The position numbers were made by a program, and so were the translations under genes. A DNA stretch of 64,000 nt, taken from Tubulanus polymorphus. Its lineage: Eukaryota > Animalia > Nemertea. The stretch covers positions 10,938,850-11,002,849 of the forward strand of contig NC_134029.1 in NCBI RefSeq assembly GCF_964204645.1. The letters run 5' to 3'. The notes beneath the pieces are model-generated. The model searched no databases and was not told the DNA's origin. It saw nothing but the letters and a program-made list of their open reading frames with translations. Shown piece after piece: positions 12,256 to 25,044 of this stretch (position 1 is its first letter; every line of letters begins with the position of its first letter).

Positions 12256-15200
12256 TTAATTGTCAACCAAGTCATTTTCCAGAACCTCGCGAATCACTTC
12301 ATCAATAGATTCGGTGTTGACAGTCAGTTTTCGAAATCGCTTTTTAGGTTGAGTAGCGAGGACAGTTGATTTTGATTTTCCTTTGACCTTTTCGGTAACC
12401 TTCTTGAATCTTGATGTATGGTAGATTACCGCTTCATCCTTAACTACCCTTTTGCGATCCGCGATCAATGTGGCTGGTACAATTATTTTAGAGGAATCAT
12501 GCGGGCGTCTCTTTATGTTGTTAAAAACTTCTGCAAAGCATAACTTGACGTAATCTGAAAAAAAAATTTTTTTAATGAACCCGAGTAATTTTTAGTAAAT
12601 AATATCACACTTTGTTAGGTTCAGCCTACCATGAGTGGTTTTTGTCAGAATTTTTCTTAAAACGTGACCATCTTTATACTTTGGATAGTGCACCTGCCAT
12701 CGCTGATTACCAGTCTTCGTTTCAGCTTGAATTTCGTTCAGAATTTCCGTTATAGTGAAGTATTGCTATACAGATCCTAATGGAATTGAAATGAAGATAG
12801 AATGATAATGTACCAGGTAGAACAATGATGTGATTTTGTAAATTCATATTTTTACATGTATTTACATACCTACTGAGCATTCCGACGTAAGAGAAATGTA
12901 TCATCTTAGGGGCAAAATGATTTAAGATGTTATGAAAGCATTCGATACTGCTGGTTTGTCCACATATTGGATATCTGATTAACTGTCCGCGTGTTAGTTG
13001 CAAGATTCTCAAATTCAGATGCAACATTGGATCCTAAGAAATTGAAAGATCAATAAATCAAAATGAAAACAATTATTTACACTTAATTATCTAACCGGGT
13101 AGCTATTAAATAGAGAATAGAAAAATATACCTGGAATTAACCATTTCTTTTTTTTAGAATATGATGCGTGGAGACAGTTCTCATGATTATTTTGAACATG
13201 CTGTATGCATGTCAGCCATTTCTGTTTTATTGTCTCGTGGTCTCCTGATTCTGAGGATCGGGCACACCAGTACAAATGGACTTTGATATTGGGTATCCAC
13301 TCTTTGATAACCTCCATGTCTTTTTGCTTTCCTAGGCGTTCAAGTTTTCTTGTGACCGCTTGACAGATAAAATGATAAACAAAACGTAGATCTTTGTGAA
13401 CAAGCCTTAAGAAACCATTTACAAAATTGTGTTACTTACGCACCTTTGACACAATGCCAAGTATCATAGTAATGTGGAATTTTCCAAGTGTCGCGTGCCC
13501 ATTTTCTATGGACAAATGCATATCAGTTACGAGAGCTGTGATTTTGAATTTCTTCAGTTTTTCTGCGCATCTTTTTAAGCCTTCTAGTTCCATCGCATTT
13601 GATGATGTCACTTCATTTGACTGAATTATACATTAAAAAAACAAAATACCTAAAAAATGAATCCACATTCATAAACCCTGAATAACTGCAAGGCATACTT
13701 ACTTGGACTAACTCAGAAGTTATTATTTTATTGGTCTCCAGATTCATTATCGAGTATGAGCAGTACTTTGCCGAGTGGCCAGGCGAGTCACAGCGTCCAT
13801 CTCCTCCTATCAACAGTAGAGATGATTTGAGACTATCAAGCATAGACTCGCGTTTCCTTTCCCAAACTTGTCGTATAGCGGCATGGATGTATTTCGAATG
13901 ATGGTTATACACTGTTCGCGTTGAAAGGCACTGAATTTTTATGAAGCTGGATTGACAATGAATGTTTGAAATTATATATTGAAATGTATTTTTAAAAAGT
14001 CGATGAAAATTAAGGCACAATTTGATGAAAAGCATTGGTTTCAACTTACTTAAACAACCTGATCACCTTTGCTGTTAGGCTTCCTATCAGTAGTATTCCT
14101 ACACTCAATAATATACTGGTAACGGGAATACCCTTGATGGATGGCTCACTTTTCCATGTGGTCCTGTGGTTACACAGCTTACACTGGGTTCTAACTGTCA
14201 GACAGGTAGAAGACACACTCTTCGAGACAAGATTTTCACCCTTGCAGATACTGCAGAATTGAAATAGTATCAGCAGAGCAGACTGATAAACAATAAACTT
14301 GGTCTGATCCTGAAAATCAACGTCATCTTCATTCCTGCAAATAAAAATACTTCTATAATTTCACAGGTCTTAGTATTGATCTCTCGACAAAATCAAATAC
14401 AAATTTCTATGTCATGATATCTAACTTGAGGGTAGGCTACATGTAATGATCATCTTACTTCATTTCTTCAAATTTCAAACTTTCTTCTTGAAATTCATCA
14501 TCCGATTCAGTCTCCGTGTCGCACTCTGGACGATATTCTTCATCAGAAACTGTCTTGTTTGATGAGACACTGCTCTGACTAGCCTTTCTGTATCGCTTCT
14601 TGGGTCTTGTTTTTGGGGATAGAAGGGAACATTGAACCCCACTTGAGGTGCGTCTGATTTTGTAGCTTTTGACTTTCGGTTTTGAATATTTTGGGAAATG
14701 TCGACGTTGACAAAAATACTTAGGTCTCCATTTAAGAGTTTGGATTGCTGAAAAAATATTTTTAAATAATAATGATTAAATTCAATTCAATTTCTATAAT
14801 CAACAAATGAAATATGAAATTAAAAGTATATTTTTGAATAATACTGATCAAATCTAATTCAATTTCTATAATCAACAAATGAAATATGAAATTAAAAGTA
14901 GGTAGGCAACTATCTTATTCATGATTTCGAATGGATGTAATTACCTTTACTAGATGTGATAGGTTCAGTTTGAACAGCTACAGTTTCCCACATCTTATCG
15001 AGATCGCCATCACCATCAATTTCAAAGTCAATACTTTGAAGCTCTGGTTCAGCTACACTTGGCTGAGTCGCATCATTGACCATCGCTAGCCTCCGTCTCT
15101 TTTCAAAAGCTGAACGTCCTTTCTGCATCTTCGGACTCAAAAAATCTGCTTACTGAGGCGAGTCAACAGAATTCGACACAACAGAATCATTGAGATGCAA

Positions 15201-15626
15201 AGTTGGTACAGAATCTTTCTTTAATCGAAGACTGAAGTGAAAAATGCATCATAATAGTCAGTTGTTTCCAAACTAATTACAAGTCGCCTGATTATACATG
15301 ACACACTTAGGCCCAGGTCACTCGAAAGTGAATTAAATATGATTTGTTTCAAAAGCTGTAGAATCAAGGTATCAGTTTATTTTATGGGATTGATGTTTTT
15401 AATATACAAACCTATTAGCAAAACCAGCATTGTACTCCATGTAATTGTCGAAGGCCTCCGTTGTGAAATGTTTTCTACAGAGCACACTTGATGACGAAGG
15501 CTTCCATTGTGCTCGCTTTGTACTCACAAAAGCAGTCCATACTCTAGCAATATTTGGATCACGCGGCCATTTGTATAACAAGGAATCTTGTGTACGACAA
15601 TTGTAGTACACACAACGCCGTGGCAT
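12256..15626 (-). pseudogene. Kolobok THAP-DDE transposase, multi-exon, disrupted
   Basis: THAP domain (CVYYNC..WP..W..LCRKHF..LKKDSVPTL); catalytic-region motifs GDGRCDSPGHSAKY, LVTDMH, YDTWH, QTSSIECFH, AILHYN. In-frame stop at 15150-15152 and frameshifts. Confidence 0.9.
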
Positions 15627-15928
15627 AGTTTAAAATCGTTTTAAAATCTTTTTATAATCACTTTATCTCCTGTTGTTATCGCTATCTGAACGAGGCTGAT
15701 AATACTTCCGGGTTCTCAACATCTCGCGCTGACGTCACCACAGGGGATTACCCGAGATTGCTGAGCATCGCGACTACGTATATTTTGGTTTGCCAAAGCA
15801 AGAAAAAACCTCTTAAAAGTATTCGAAATGAAAACAAATATACCTAAGGTCATTAGATTATCATTTATTACATCTTAATGGATTGATTCAAGGGAAAAAA
15901 CAAAATTGTTCAGTAGTCCTTTAAGTTA

Positions 15929-16490
15929 CTGCGGAGCACCAGAAATATCTTTTTTTTTTTCGTTCAAAAGACCTTTCGCTTGAAAATTCTTTCGTCGGAA
16001 CAAAATTTATTTCGTTCGAACCAATAATATTCTATACGATTGAACCAATTTGAAAAAATCGTTAGAACAAAGTTGAACAAACTTTTTTTTGTCCAAACGA
16101 AAGGTTTTTCGTTCAAACAATCGTTCAATTGAACAGAATCGTTTTAATTTGAACAGAATTTTCTTGTCAGAACATTAAGTTTTTCGTTCGAACAAGTATA
16201 TTGAAAAAAGTTTTTTCTCCGAACCGAAAGTATTAAGTATTTCGCTCAATCGAACATAATTGTTTTCATTCAAACATTCGTTCGAAAAAATTGTTACCGC
16301 TCAACCAAATTTTTTTGCGGGGACTAAAAATTTTTCATTTCAACAATAACATAGCTTTTTATTCGAACACATTTTTTGTCAGAATGAAGAAAATTTTTGG
16401 TTCAAGCAAAAAGCGTATTGTTCGATCAAACAGAATTATTTTCATTCGAACATGATTTTCTTGTCGGAACATTAAGTTTTTTGGTGGAAC
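15929..16490. repeat. Degenerate array of short TTCGTTCGAACAAA-like units (probable MITE interior)
   Basis: Many irregular TTCG(TT)CGAAC/TCAAAC motifs; starts with TGCGGAGCACC, resembling a TACGGA-type terminus. Confidence 0.55.
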
Positions 16491-16840
16491 AGCGTGTTAA
16501 GGTCGATTTAGAAATTTACTCGGTCTGGTATATGTTGGATTACTGTGTATGTCATTTGTCAGGACATTAAACAGAAGACAACTTAGAATACTACCTTGCG
16601 TGACCCCACTTGTTTGACCGACTTATTCCAAGATGAGGTGTTCCGTTGATTTCGGCTACAAGTTTTTGTTCAGAGATAACTGCTGAGCCATTTGGGCGAC
16701 CTATCATTGATACTGTTTCCTAATAGCCTTTTTAGTAATGGCTGATGTTGTGCCTTATCAAATGCTTCGTCGAAATCCACCGTTGAACAGGATTCTAAGA
16801 CTGTGCAGAAAACCCGTTATCGCTGCTTTGCAGCTATATT

Positions 16841-17341
16841 TAATAAATTGTTATTTCTTGTGACCTGAAAATACTAAGCAGCAAGCTATAGGTATATAGG
16901 TCGAGGTCTGAATATTGTGGTTGTAAATTCCAGGATTTAAAACGATCTAATACTATGCCGCGGTGGTTTAGCTTCTGCGGCCCTACATTGGAAGAGGTTT
17001 TGTTTCCAAGACTCAATATTCAGCCACCCTCTGATATGTGACATCATATGAATTTTATTTGAAAATTTTTTCATTTTGTGAAAAATATTTTTTGGAAAAT
17101 ATAAAATAGTTTCCAATGCCACGCTAACCTGTACCCTACGAGATTTTGGACGTAGACCATTAACAAATGTTTATCTTTGGTCTTATTTGACTACAGAATA
17201 ATTCTTTAAGAAAGATAAAATACAATATAAACTTCTAGAACTTCGAAGTCACGAATTAAAAATATTTTTCAAGCAATGCCCTTACTCCAAACAACCTCTA
17301 ACTTTCAAGGTAAACCACACTTTGCTCATGGGCAATTTATT
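16841..17341. repeat. Interspersed repeat (probable Helentron-type end); second copy at 29262-30340 carries a MITE insertion
   Basis: Collinear with 29262-29479 plus 30056-30340; both end at CATGGGCAATTTATT. Confidence 0.85.
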
Positions 17342-18626
17342 ACAGTTAGACCAACATTATCGCTGAGTTGTGTGGCAGTGTAGTGTTCTTTTATTCATTT
17401 ACTGCAGACCTATTGCGTAGCATCAGTCAGTGTCTGGCGATTCCTCATTAACAGGGTTCCCTTATGCATGGCAACAACCAATCAGAGCTACGCGCACCTG
17501 CTACGGCGTCCCATCGATAGATACATTTTCCTTGCCAAACTTTTATTTTAAATCTATATTGTATGAAAATAGAAATTTCAATTTGAAAATATTTTTCATT
17601 CTAAAATTGATTTTTGATGCACCAGTGCTTATTTTGGTGAATAAAACGTGAGTATGAATATTCGGATGAATTTTATGCAATACTAGTCTTATTTGCATAT
17701 AGAAAACACCGAACAGGTGAACTAGTATTGTTAAGCATATAACTAATCGTCATTCTTTTGAACACGACACTGCTTATCCGCAGCGATCCCGTCTTTGCAT
17801 GTGCATCGTGTGGGGGAGGTTGAGCATTGTGCCTTTCGTCATGACGCTCTGATTCCCAGCTGCATTGCGGCAGTCTTCAGACAAGATGTCGCGATTGAAT
17901 TAGTCTTACCATACTGCAAAATTATTGTAGCATCAGCAACACGCCGATGTAGCTGTTACGGTTTATTCTTCAACAAATCTACTTGTATGTTATAAATTGC
18001 AACGTATTCTATCGTTTACTGGTAATTTGAACTTTGACTAATCATCTCATCTCTGCTCTTCATAAGGCTGTGGCCAAATCTTTTGGCCAATGGGCAATTA
18101 TTATTTTGAATGAAATAAACTTAATAATCGATTTTCCTTTAAGTTGTTATCGGTCCAATTATTATTAAAAAGTCTTTGAAGGTGATAGACATTGGTCCTA
18201 TAACCGGCCATATTTCACTCTTAAGCAAAACAAATCGATCTGACGTATTTGTTCCTGCCTACCACTGTCCAAGGCGTCAAGTCTCACCGTAGTGCCCAGG
18301 GCAGTTGTTAAACCAAACAGATCTGCATAATTTAAAAAGCCTTAGAATGAACAATGTAATATGTTTTTATCGATATCATAAAAAACTGTACCTAGAGAGC
18401 ACAGGACCTTTGGTCCTCTAGTTTTTATGGTAATTTCTATCTTTAAATTGCTGAAAATAGCGTCAGTTCCTAATTTCTTTGGGGAGGATCTCCGAACCCC
18501 CGCTAGGACAACAGGCCTTCTGCCAGCTACTCGGGAGACATAATAGGCCTATTCCTATGCAGTACTCACATTTGACCCTGGATCCGCCATTGCAGAATAG
18601 CTACATAAGAGTATCATACTATGTAA

Positions 18627-19740
18627 GGCCATCCCAAAATAATTGTCTGTTTGCCGTAACACCAATTAAAGTTTTCAGGATGAGTCGGTAGGTAGGTAGA
18701 AATTTTTTTGTGCAAAGTTTTTGGCAAAAAAATAAATTTATACTGGTCCTACACTATATATATATTGGTCCTAATTCAGGCATTGTCAGTTAAAGTTAAT
18801 TTTCAGCTTTAGTTTAGTTTAGCTGTTGTTGTTGTTGTACAGCATTGTAATCGTGGAAGACATCTATACCAGCTTGTATAAACAGTAAATAAAAGTTTAT
18901 CTGTTGGAAGGAAGTCTACTCAACCGTTCATAGCAGAGAGCATATAATAGCACCACGACACCACTCACAACTATTTAATCAATTTTAAACACTTTCTTCG
19001 ACGATATGGACCTTATGGTCCTCTTGTTGTATATGGCCAAGGGGGCGTTGTATAATACAACTAGTATTATACAATTAGTATTTCTATATTATATTCATAC
19101 CTACGCATATTTTGTTATCACAATCAATTGCAAAATTGTAGGTGTTGACATATTCTATAATTGTGGTGAGTTTCAAGGTCATTGGTTTTTCTATATGTTC
19201 ACCAGGGGGCCTTAGATTGTTGAGCATTTGAAAACACTCCCCAAGTGGGCATGGTGTCCCTGGACCTCTAGTTTTTGTAAAATATTATTGTTAAAAAACA
19301 ATTGTATCACCTTTTTATATAGAAAAGAATTACACAAATTGGCATTGTGCTCGGGAAATTTATCTGATAGCCTTGATTTCATGAATGATTTTAAAATTCT
19401 TACTTCATCTGGAGTATCATCCATGTGTTCAAAATGAAGCGATATGCATGCTATATATAACATAACCGGCTTTAACATAGTCAATTATTGGATACTTATT
19501 GGAACACTGCCAGTTTCCTGGAAAACTAACTAGGCCACACGCTGAGACACGTTTTCACACGTTGCACACTTGACTACAAACATAGGTAGTGCATACATTG
19601 GTACTGGGTCGGCCAGTCGGCCATATTTTATCAAAAGTAAAATTTATTTCAATGAATCCCAGAAAAAAAGTTTTCACTCAATGCCTTTGAGAGTGGGGTC
19701 GGGTGAGTTACGGCAAAAAGACCATTATTTTTGGATGGCC
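18627..19740. mobile_element. PIF/Harbinger-type MITE (same family as 29480-30052) containing a HINE fragment (~19010-19272)
   Basis: TIR GGCCATCC(C)AAAATAAT..TC..TTTGCCGTAAC; flanks are TAA and TTA. Confidence 0.75.
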
Positions 19741-20024
19741 TTACCGACAAAAACAATTTATGATAGCTATACAGAATTATATTGTTCCCTGTACATACTT
19801 TGAAACCACAATCAACTGCAAAATTTTAGCTCATTACATATTCTGTGAATGTGTTCATAAGAGGTGTTAAATATTGAAGTTGTCCAAATAAGTATATCAC
19901 GAAATGGACATGATGTCCCTGTACCCCTAGTAACGATATTCATCAGTTTGTTAGAGTTGGACTAGGGTTGGAATAGAATTGCTGTAGAATAAGCCATAAA
20001 ATAATGCTTATTTCTCTATTCTAG

Positions 20025-20120
20025 TTGGGATGAATGGGTTCTGGAGTCACGTATACTGAAATGTAATGAGCAGGGTTATGTAAAACAGAAGGAATTGCTC
20101 AAAGCTCACCAAGCCCAACA
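20025..20120 (+). CDS. MORF4L1: MRG15/MORF4L1 exon (end of chromo barrel)
   Basis: TTCTAG|T TGG GAT...CAA CA|GTAAGT = WDEWVLESRILKCNEQGYVKQKELLKAHQAQ; phase matches the preceding exon. Confidence 0.96.
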
Positions 20121-20233
20121 GTAAGTCAGTGTGATAGATATAATTCAAATGAATTTTTATATTTTTGTCAATACTTTTGTATTACTCATGTATTATGGAC
20201 TTAAGGAATATCTTGAATTCATCTGACATTCAG

Positions 20234-20553
20234 GAGTGAAAAGAAGAGACAGAAAGCTAAACAAAAAGAAAAAGAAAGACAGGAGAAATCAGAGAAACAA
20301 GAACAGGAAAAGAAGAAAAAAGATAAAGACAAAGAGGAGCCAAAACCAGAATCGATTCGAGAATCAGGTCGAACTCGAGACAGTCGTGACCGACGAGACA
20401 AGGAGGAAAAATCAAGAGATACATCATCCAGAGAATCGAGCAGTCGAGAGAAAGCACCTCGAGAACGAGCGAATAAAGATAAAGACAAAGAACGAGAGCG
20501 GGAACGATCGGCAACGCCAACCATTGAAAAAGCAAGCAAACGATTACATTCAG
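20234..20553 (+). CDS. MORF4L1: MRG15/MORF4L1 exon encoding a long charged linker
   Basis: TTCAG|G AGT GAA...CAT TCA G|GTGGGT; 320 nt open frame SEKKRQKAKQKEKERQEK...ERERERSATPTIEKASKRLHS. It bridges a phase-2 donor to a phase-1 acceptor, so it is needed to keep the frame. Confidence 0.9.
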
Positions 20554-22219
20554 GTGGGTGCATCCTTGTACAAAAATAGTATAGAGGGTTAGGGGTCAAT
20601 TCTAAACACTTCTTCGCCCATATAAACCTTATGGACCTCTTGTTTAACCAGGGCATCAATGAATCTAAATTTTAAAGGGTATCATATGCCATCAATATTG
20701 TACTTTCCAAGATTACTTATCCAGATGAAATCAGATGTATCTACCTGAGATCTGACTGATCGAAAAAAATATCTCTAATTAGCCGCAGAGTAGTCATTAG
20801 TATTTATTTATCCTTCACTTCGTGTGTAGTTCACAGGGTTCGTCTTGAGCAGTGAATAGCAGCAAATTGAAAAAAATGATTAACAGCATGAATAGCTGTG
20901 AATTTTAGAGAAGGGTAGTGAAATTTGGAAAGGTCGCAGTGAATCTTGGAATTCAATCAATTTACAAAAATCAATTGCCTAACAAACTTCACAGTGTACG
21001 TCATAAATGAAATCGTTCATTATCCAGGTTCGCACCTGAGATTGGCAGCTCTGTTAGTATCATGTCAGCATCGTGTCATGTATGTTTTCTGTGAATCAAA
21101 GCACACCATTTTTACAGTCATTCAGTAAATGAAAGATCAGATAAATGAGGATAAATACATAGGAATAGAGAGTGATTTTTTAGTCCAGAATATCAAACTA
21201 TTCGATTTATTGACCATGAAATTTAACTATTTCGGACTATTTCAGTGTTGCCAGATTTCCGGAAGTTTCCGGAGTTCCGGAAAACGAAAGTTTCAACAAA
21301 AAAATTCCCGGAAATTTTCTGCCATTCTACTTTGTTTAATAAACAAAGTTGTTTTTGTTTTTATTCATGAGCGATAGTTTAGTCAGCATATGACTCCTAT
21401 AATGCTGAAAAAACCGCTCCGCAGATGCTCAGAGATGTTCCTTGAATTTGATTTCCTTAAATATTATATAGCTAGCTGCTGGGAACACCGCCATTAAAAA
21501 ATTGTTTGTGGAGTCCATATGAACTTTGATAACCTGTACCTGTGGAGACTGGGAACTATTGGAGGTGAACAAAATATGTTGAAACGCAGGACTCGAACTT
21601 CTGATATGTTGGGTGCAAGTCTATTGCTCCACTAACTGTGACTGCATGACTAATAATGTACTGTGAAATTGTTTTGATACAGTAATAGTCTATTATTAGA
21701 ATTCTTGCTCAATGATTGGCTGAAATTTAGTTTTCCTCCGTTTGGCCCCCTAACATTTTACCAAAACTATATCACTTGGTGTGGGGGGGTACCTTGTAAT
21801 CGCTATACCTGTCGATCTTTCTAAACCACCATTGTGACTCTACTAAGCCATGAATTCTGAGATTTTAGAAGTAGTAGAATAACCCGCTCTAGTTGGTACA
21901 GTATTAATGAAGATTTAACACATCATCCAAAACGTCAAGGTCAATTCAACTTTATTGAGCCAAAAGATTCAAGGCTATTCAATTTTATTCTGCATAATTC
22001 GTAGAAAAATCTTATCTGAAGTTTTTGTTCCAGCCCAAATAATCATTTAACAAAACAGTGGTAAAGCACTTGTGAAATTGAATTATTTTAAGTTTTATTC
22101 TTAGGTCAGTATATGTCCTCTGTTGAAAGGCCCATTCGTCAGTCTTACCATCCGAGATAAACTAAATTCAAAGCACTTGCATATTACCTTGCTGCAAGTG
22201 CTTTCAAGCTAATTTGTCA

Positions 22220-22316
22220 TTGTTCACTGGACTCATGGTCCTGGGGAACAGGTTGAAATGCCAAAAGATCGTCTTTAAAACAGAGAGAAATAATGGACCA
22301 TGAGTCCAGTGAACAA
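22220..22316. repeat. Inverted repeat (hairpin or MITE remnant)
   Basis: Perfect 22-bp IR TTGTTCACTGGACTCATGGTCC at 22220-22241 and 22295-22316. Confidence 0.7.
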
Positions 22317-23650
22317 CGAAACATTAGCTACAAGCTGCTATTGTCATTGTTTCAATACTAGTTAATGGACACAATTCCAGTAGTATGATTCAGCCAGCAT
22401 GGTAGGCGGCTAGAGAGCATCATTGTCCAGGAAGCCTATTCAATTCTTAATAAATTTTCATCTAAATAGATGATCATTAAGCATCATCATAAATAATTTT
22501 GAGCACATAAAAAAAGGTTTCAAAGACAGTGCAAAGTTCACCAAAATAATTGAAAACTGGAGGAGCCAATTTGATGACATTAAATGAACAGTTAAGAGGT
22601 TAAAGGGGCTTGAGCCTGAGGCCCTTTGCTCAAGATTATAGAACTCTGCTCAGCTTTTTATGCAACCTTTGCTGCATGACAGTATGCAGACCTAACCAGA
22701 TAATAATGAGTACAGGCCCGTACATTAAAAAAAAACAGAAAAAAGGGCAATGTGACCAAAAAAGGCACCTGTGATGGTGGTGGGCAGACCGCGATCACCT
22801 CAGGCGCGAAGCACAAATATGGGGTCACAAAAGTTGGTTATTTTACCTCTTTTCATAAATGAAGTGCTGATGTAAAGTGCTTTCTAGAAAATTTACTGCA
22901 CTAAAATGTAGTTTCCAGGCAGAAGAACGTGTGCCTTTTTGTTGAAGTATTTTCACAAACCACTGTTAGGAATGGGAAGGTCATTTTTCGATGAAATCTT
23001 TGTGAGTCTGGCATTTACTGGTCTTTTGAGATATCCGTCTAATTTTTGTTGTAATCAATGCACAACAGATTCGCTGTTTGTTTGATACCTATGACACCTC
23101 ACCTGACGATCTTAATCCATGTGCAAATCGGCCGTAAAGTGAGAGTAAATTTCCGTCAATTCAATGGCGGCCATTTTGAAAACTTATGGAGGGTGCTGGC
23201 ACCTGTGGACTGAGGCCAGGACAACAGCACAAACTAAAGAAATGGAACGACGTAATTAAAAAAATTAAGAAATCAACACTATTCTACATTTTTCTTATCA
23301 TCATTATCATCAGTCATCCCTAACGTTGGTATAACCACCAAATTACCAGTGAGCATTATGTGTATTTGGCTAATATACAATATAAGAATGTACAGACTGC
23401 TTTCTGTGTCAGTTTAACCAGACTATCATTGGGTTTGGATATCTTTGAAGAAGGATGGTTCAATTGCTGTTTCTCGAAGATATTACGAAAAATTCACTGT
23501 ATTTATTATTACACATCTTGATATAATATTCAGTTATTGAATGAATTAATTGCATAATGAAGCACTTAATACAAGCCCACTACAGAAAGGTGAATTTATG
23601 ATGCAAATGTCTTCAATATTGGTGTTTGATTGTGTTGGAATATCTTTCAG

Positions 23651-23742
23651 AGCGTAACACACCAGTCAGTTCACAAGAAACCTCAACAACAGAAGTATTA
23701 CGTAAGAAGCGAGCTCGTGGAGCTGATCAGCCCGTTGAATCG
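23651..23742 (+). CDS. MORF4L1: MRG15/MORF4L1 exon (NLS-containing linker)
   Basis: TTTCAG|AG CGT...GAA TCG|GTGGGT = (E)RNTPVSSQETSTTEVLRKKRARGADQPVES, cf. PRKKRARVDPTVEN. Confidence 0.93.
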
Positions 23743-25044
23743 GTGGGTAGACAGGTCATTCGCCAAGTAAGTTGTGAAATTACTTCTGTTACTTCCCAGA
23801 GCATGGTTCCCATGGTACTGGGAAACAGGGAAAAACTTGAGAATTTCAAAATGATATTTCCCGGTATGGGAGTGTTTGACAATTTGATAATATTCCCTCT
23901 AATCCAGGATATTTGTTATACACTTCCCGAAGCATAGCTCTGCGGTGTCAATTGCTTATCCAATGGCATATACTTTCAGCAATTTTACTGTAATACAAAA
24001 AACGTGCAAAACATGTGACTGGCAATTCAAAATCTAAGAAACACATTCAACCAGTCTCTATCCATAAAATACATGCATAAATCGCAAATGCTCAATTGCT
24101 CATAGGAAGAAAAACAATTGTGGTTTCACTTAGCAATCAAGATTTTTCATTCACGATAATAGCAAATTCTCAAAATTACGAATGTCTTAAAGGGATCCCA
24201 ATCTTCCGACTTCAATCGGAATTCCGATTTTAAAAAAATTTTATGGTCTCTAAGATCGATAAAGATTTGATGATAAAATAAAGGGGGTAGGGGGTTATGA
24301 TCGGTTATGCCACTTGTAGTGAGTTCTATAATAATCAACTTGCCATGGATAGCCTGAGCGTACATCTGGAAAATCGATGCTGTAGTGCGTACTGCTAATT
24401 ACAGTATTATAGGCGGCCACATGCTGACACGATATGAATAAGAACATAGTGGATCGATGTGGTTTAAACAATAGCATTCATACATGGGCCGCATGCTAGT
24501 GAGCAGTGCCTATACATTACTGCGTGCATGTGGTCTATTGATTAGCGCACAGCAGTTATGATCAGACTGATGGCGTGTGATGCATTGCATAGGTACTACA
24601 TATCGTCAATCAAAACTGTTCAATAAATCAATACCAACGGATCCAAAATGTTGACTGCCCGTAAATGTATTTTTTGTATTCTAATCAAATAATTATAGCA
24701 ACTGAAAAATCTTTCAGCCAAAATAGCTGCTGCTGATTCAGACCCGCTTTCAATTGTTTGTTAGAAGATTTCAACCACCAATCAGAATCTTCAATACATT
24801 TGTTATAAATCAAACATGGCTTTCACATCCAACTGATTGATTAATTTTTGCTAGATTCAGGTCCCGAGAATTTCCCAGATGCCCGGAAATTGCCTCAAAT
24901 TTCAAAGATTTTCTTGGGGGAGGACCCCAAAACCCCTCGTAATGGCTTCGCACCTACTGCGCTCCCGAGGACAGAATGTGGTCAAATTGATTTCCGATTT
25001 TTTGGTAACTACTGCGGGGATCCCTGGTCTTATTAACCGCTTAA

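Larger units (their letters stand above)
10898..15920. mobile_element. Kolobok DNA transposon, full length (5023 bp), coding sequences decayed
   Basis: TTAA at 10894-10897 and 15921-15924; perfect 14-bp TIR AGGACTACTGAACA; convergent THAP-DDE transposase and KolX genes. Confidence 0.93.

Noticed and set aside
10898-15920. KolobokP-type long terminal direct repeats
   Set aside because: The two ends share only the 14-bp TIR and a 14-bp inverted motif; no long direct repeat seen.
20219-20659. ORF-track proteins at 20236-20592 (+), 20219-20659 (-) and 20257-20535 (-)
   Set aside because: Alternative-frame and antisense shadows of the purine-rich MRG15 exon; splice phases select a different frame.
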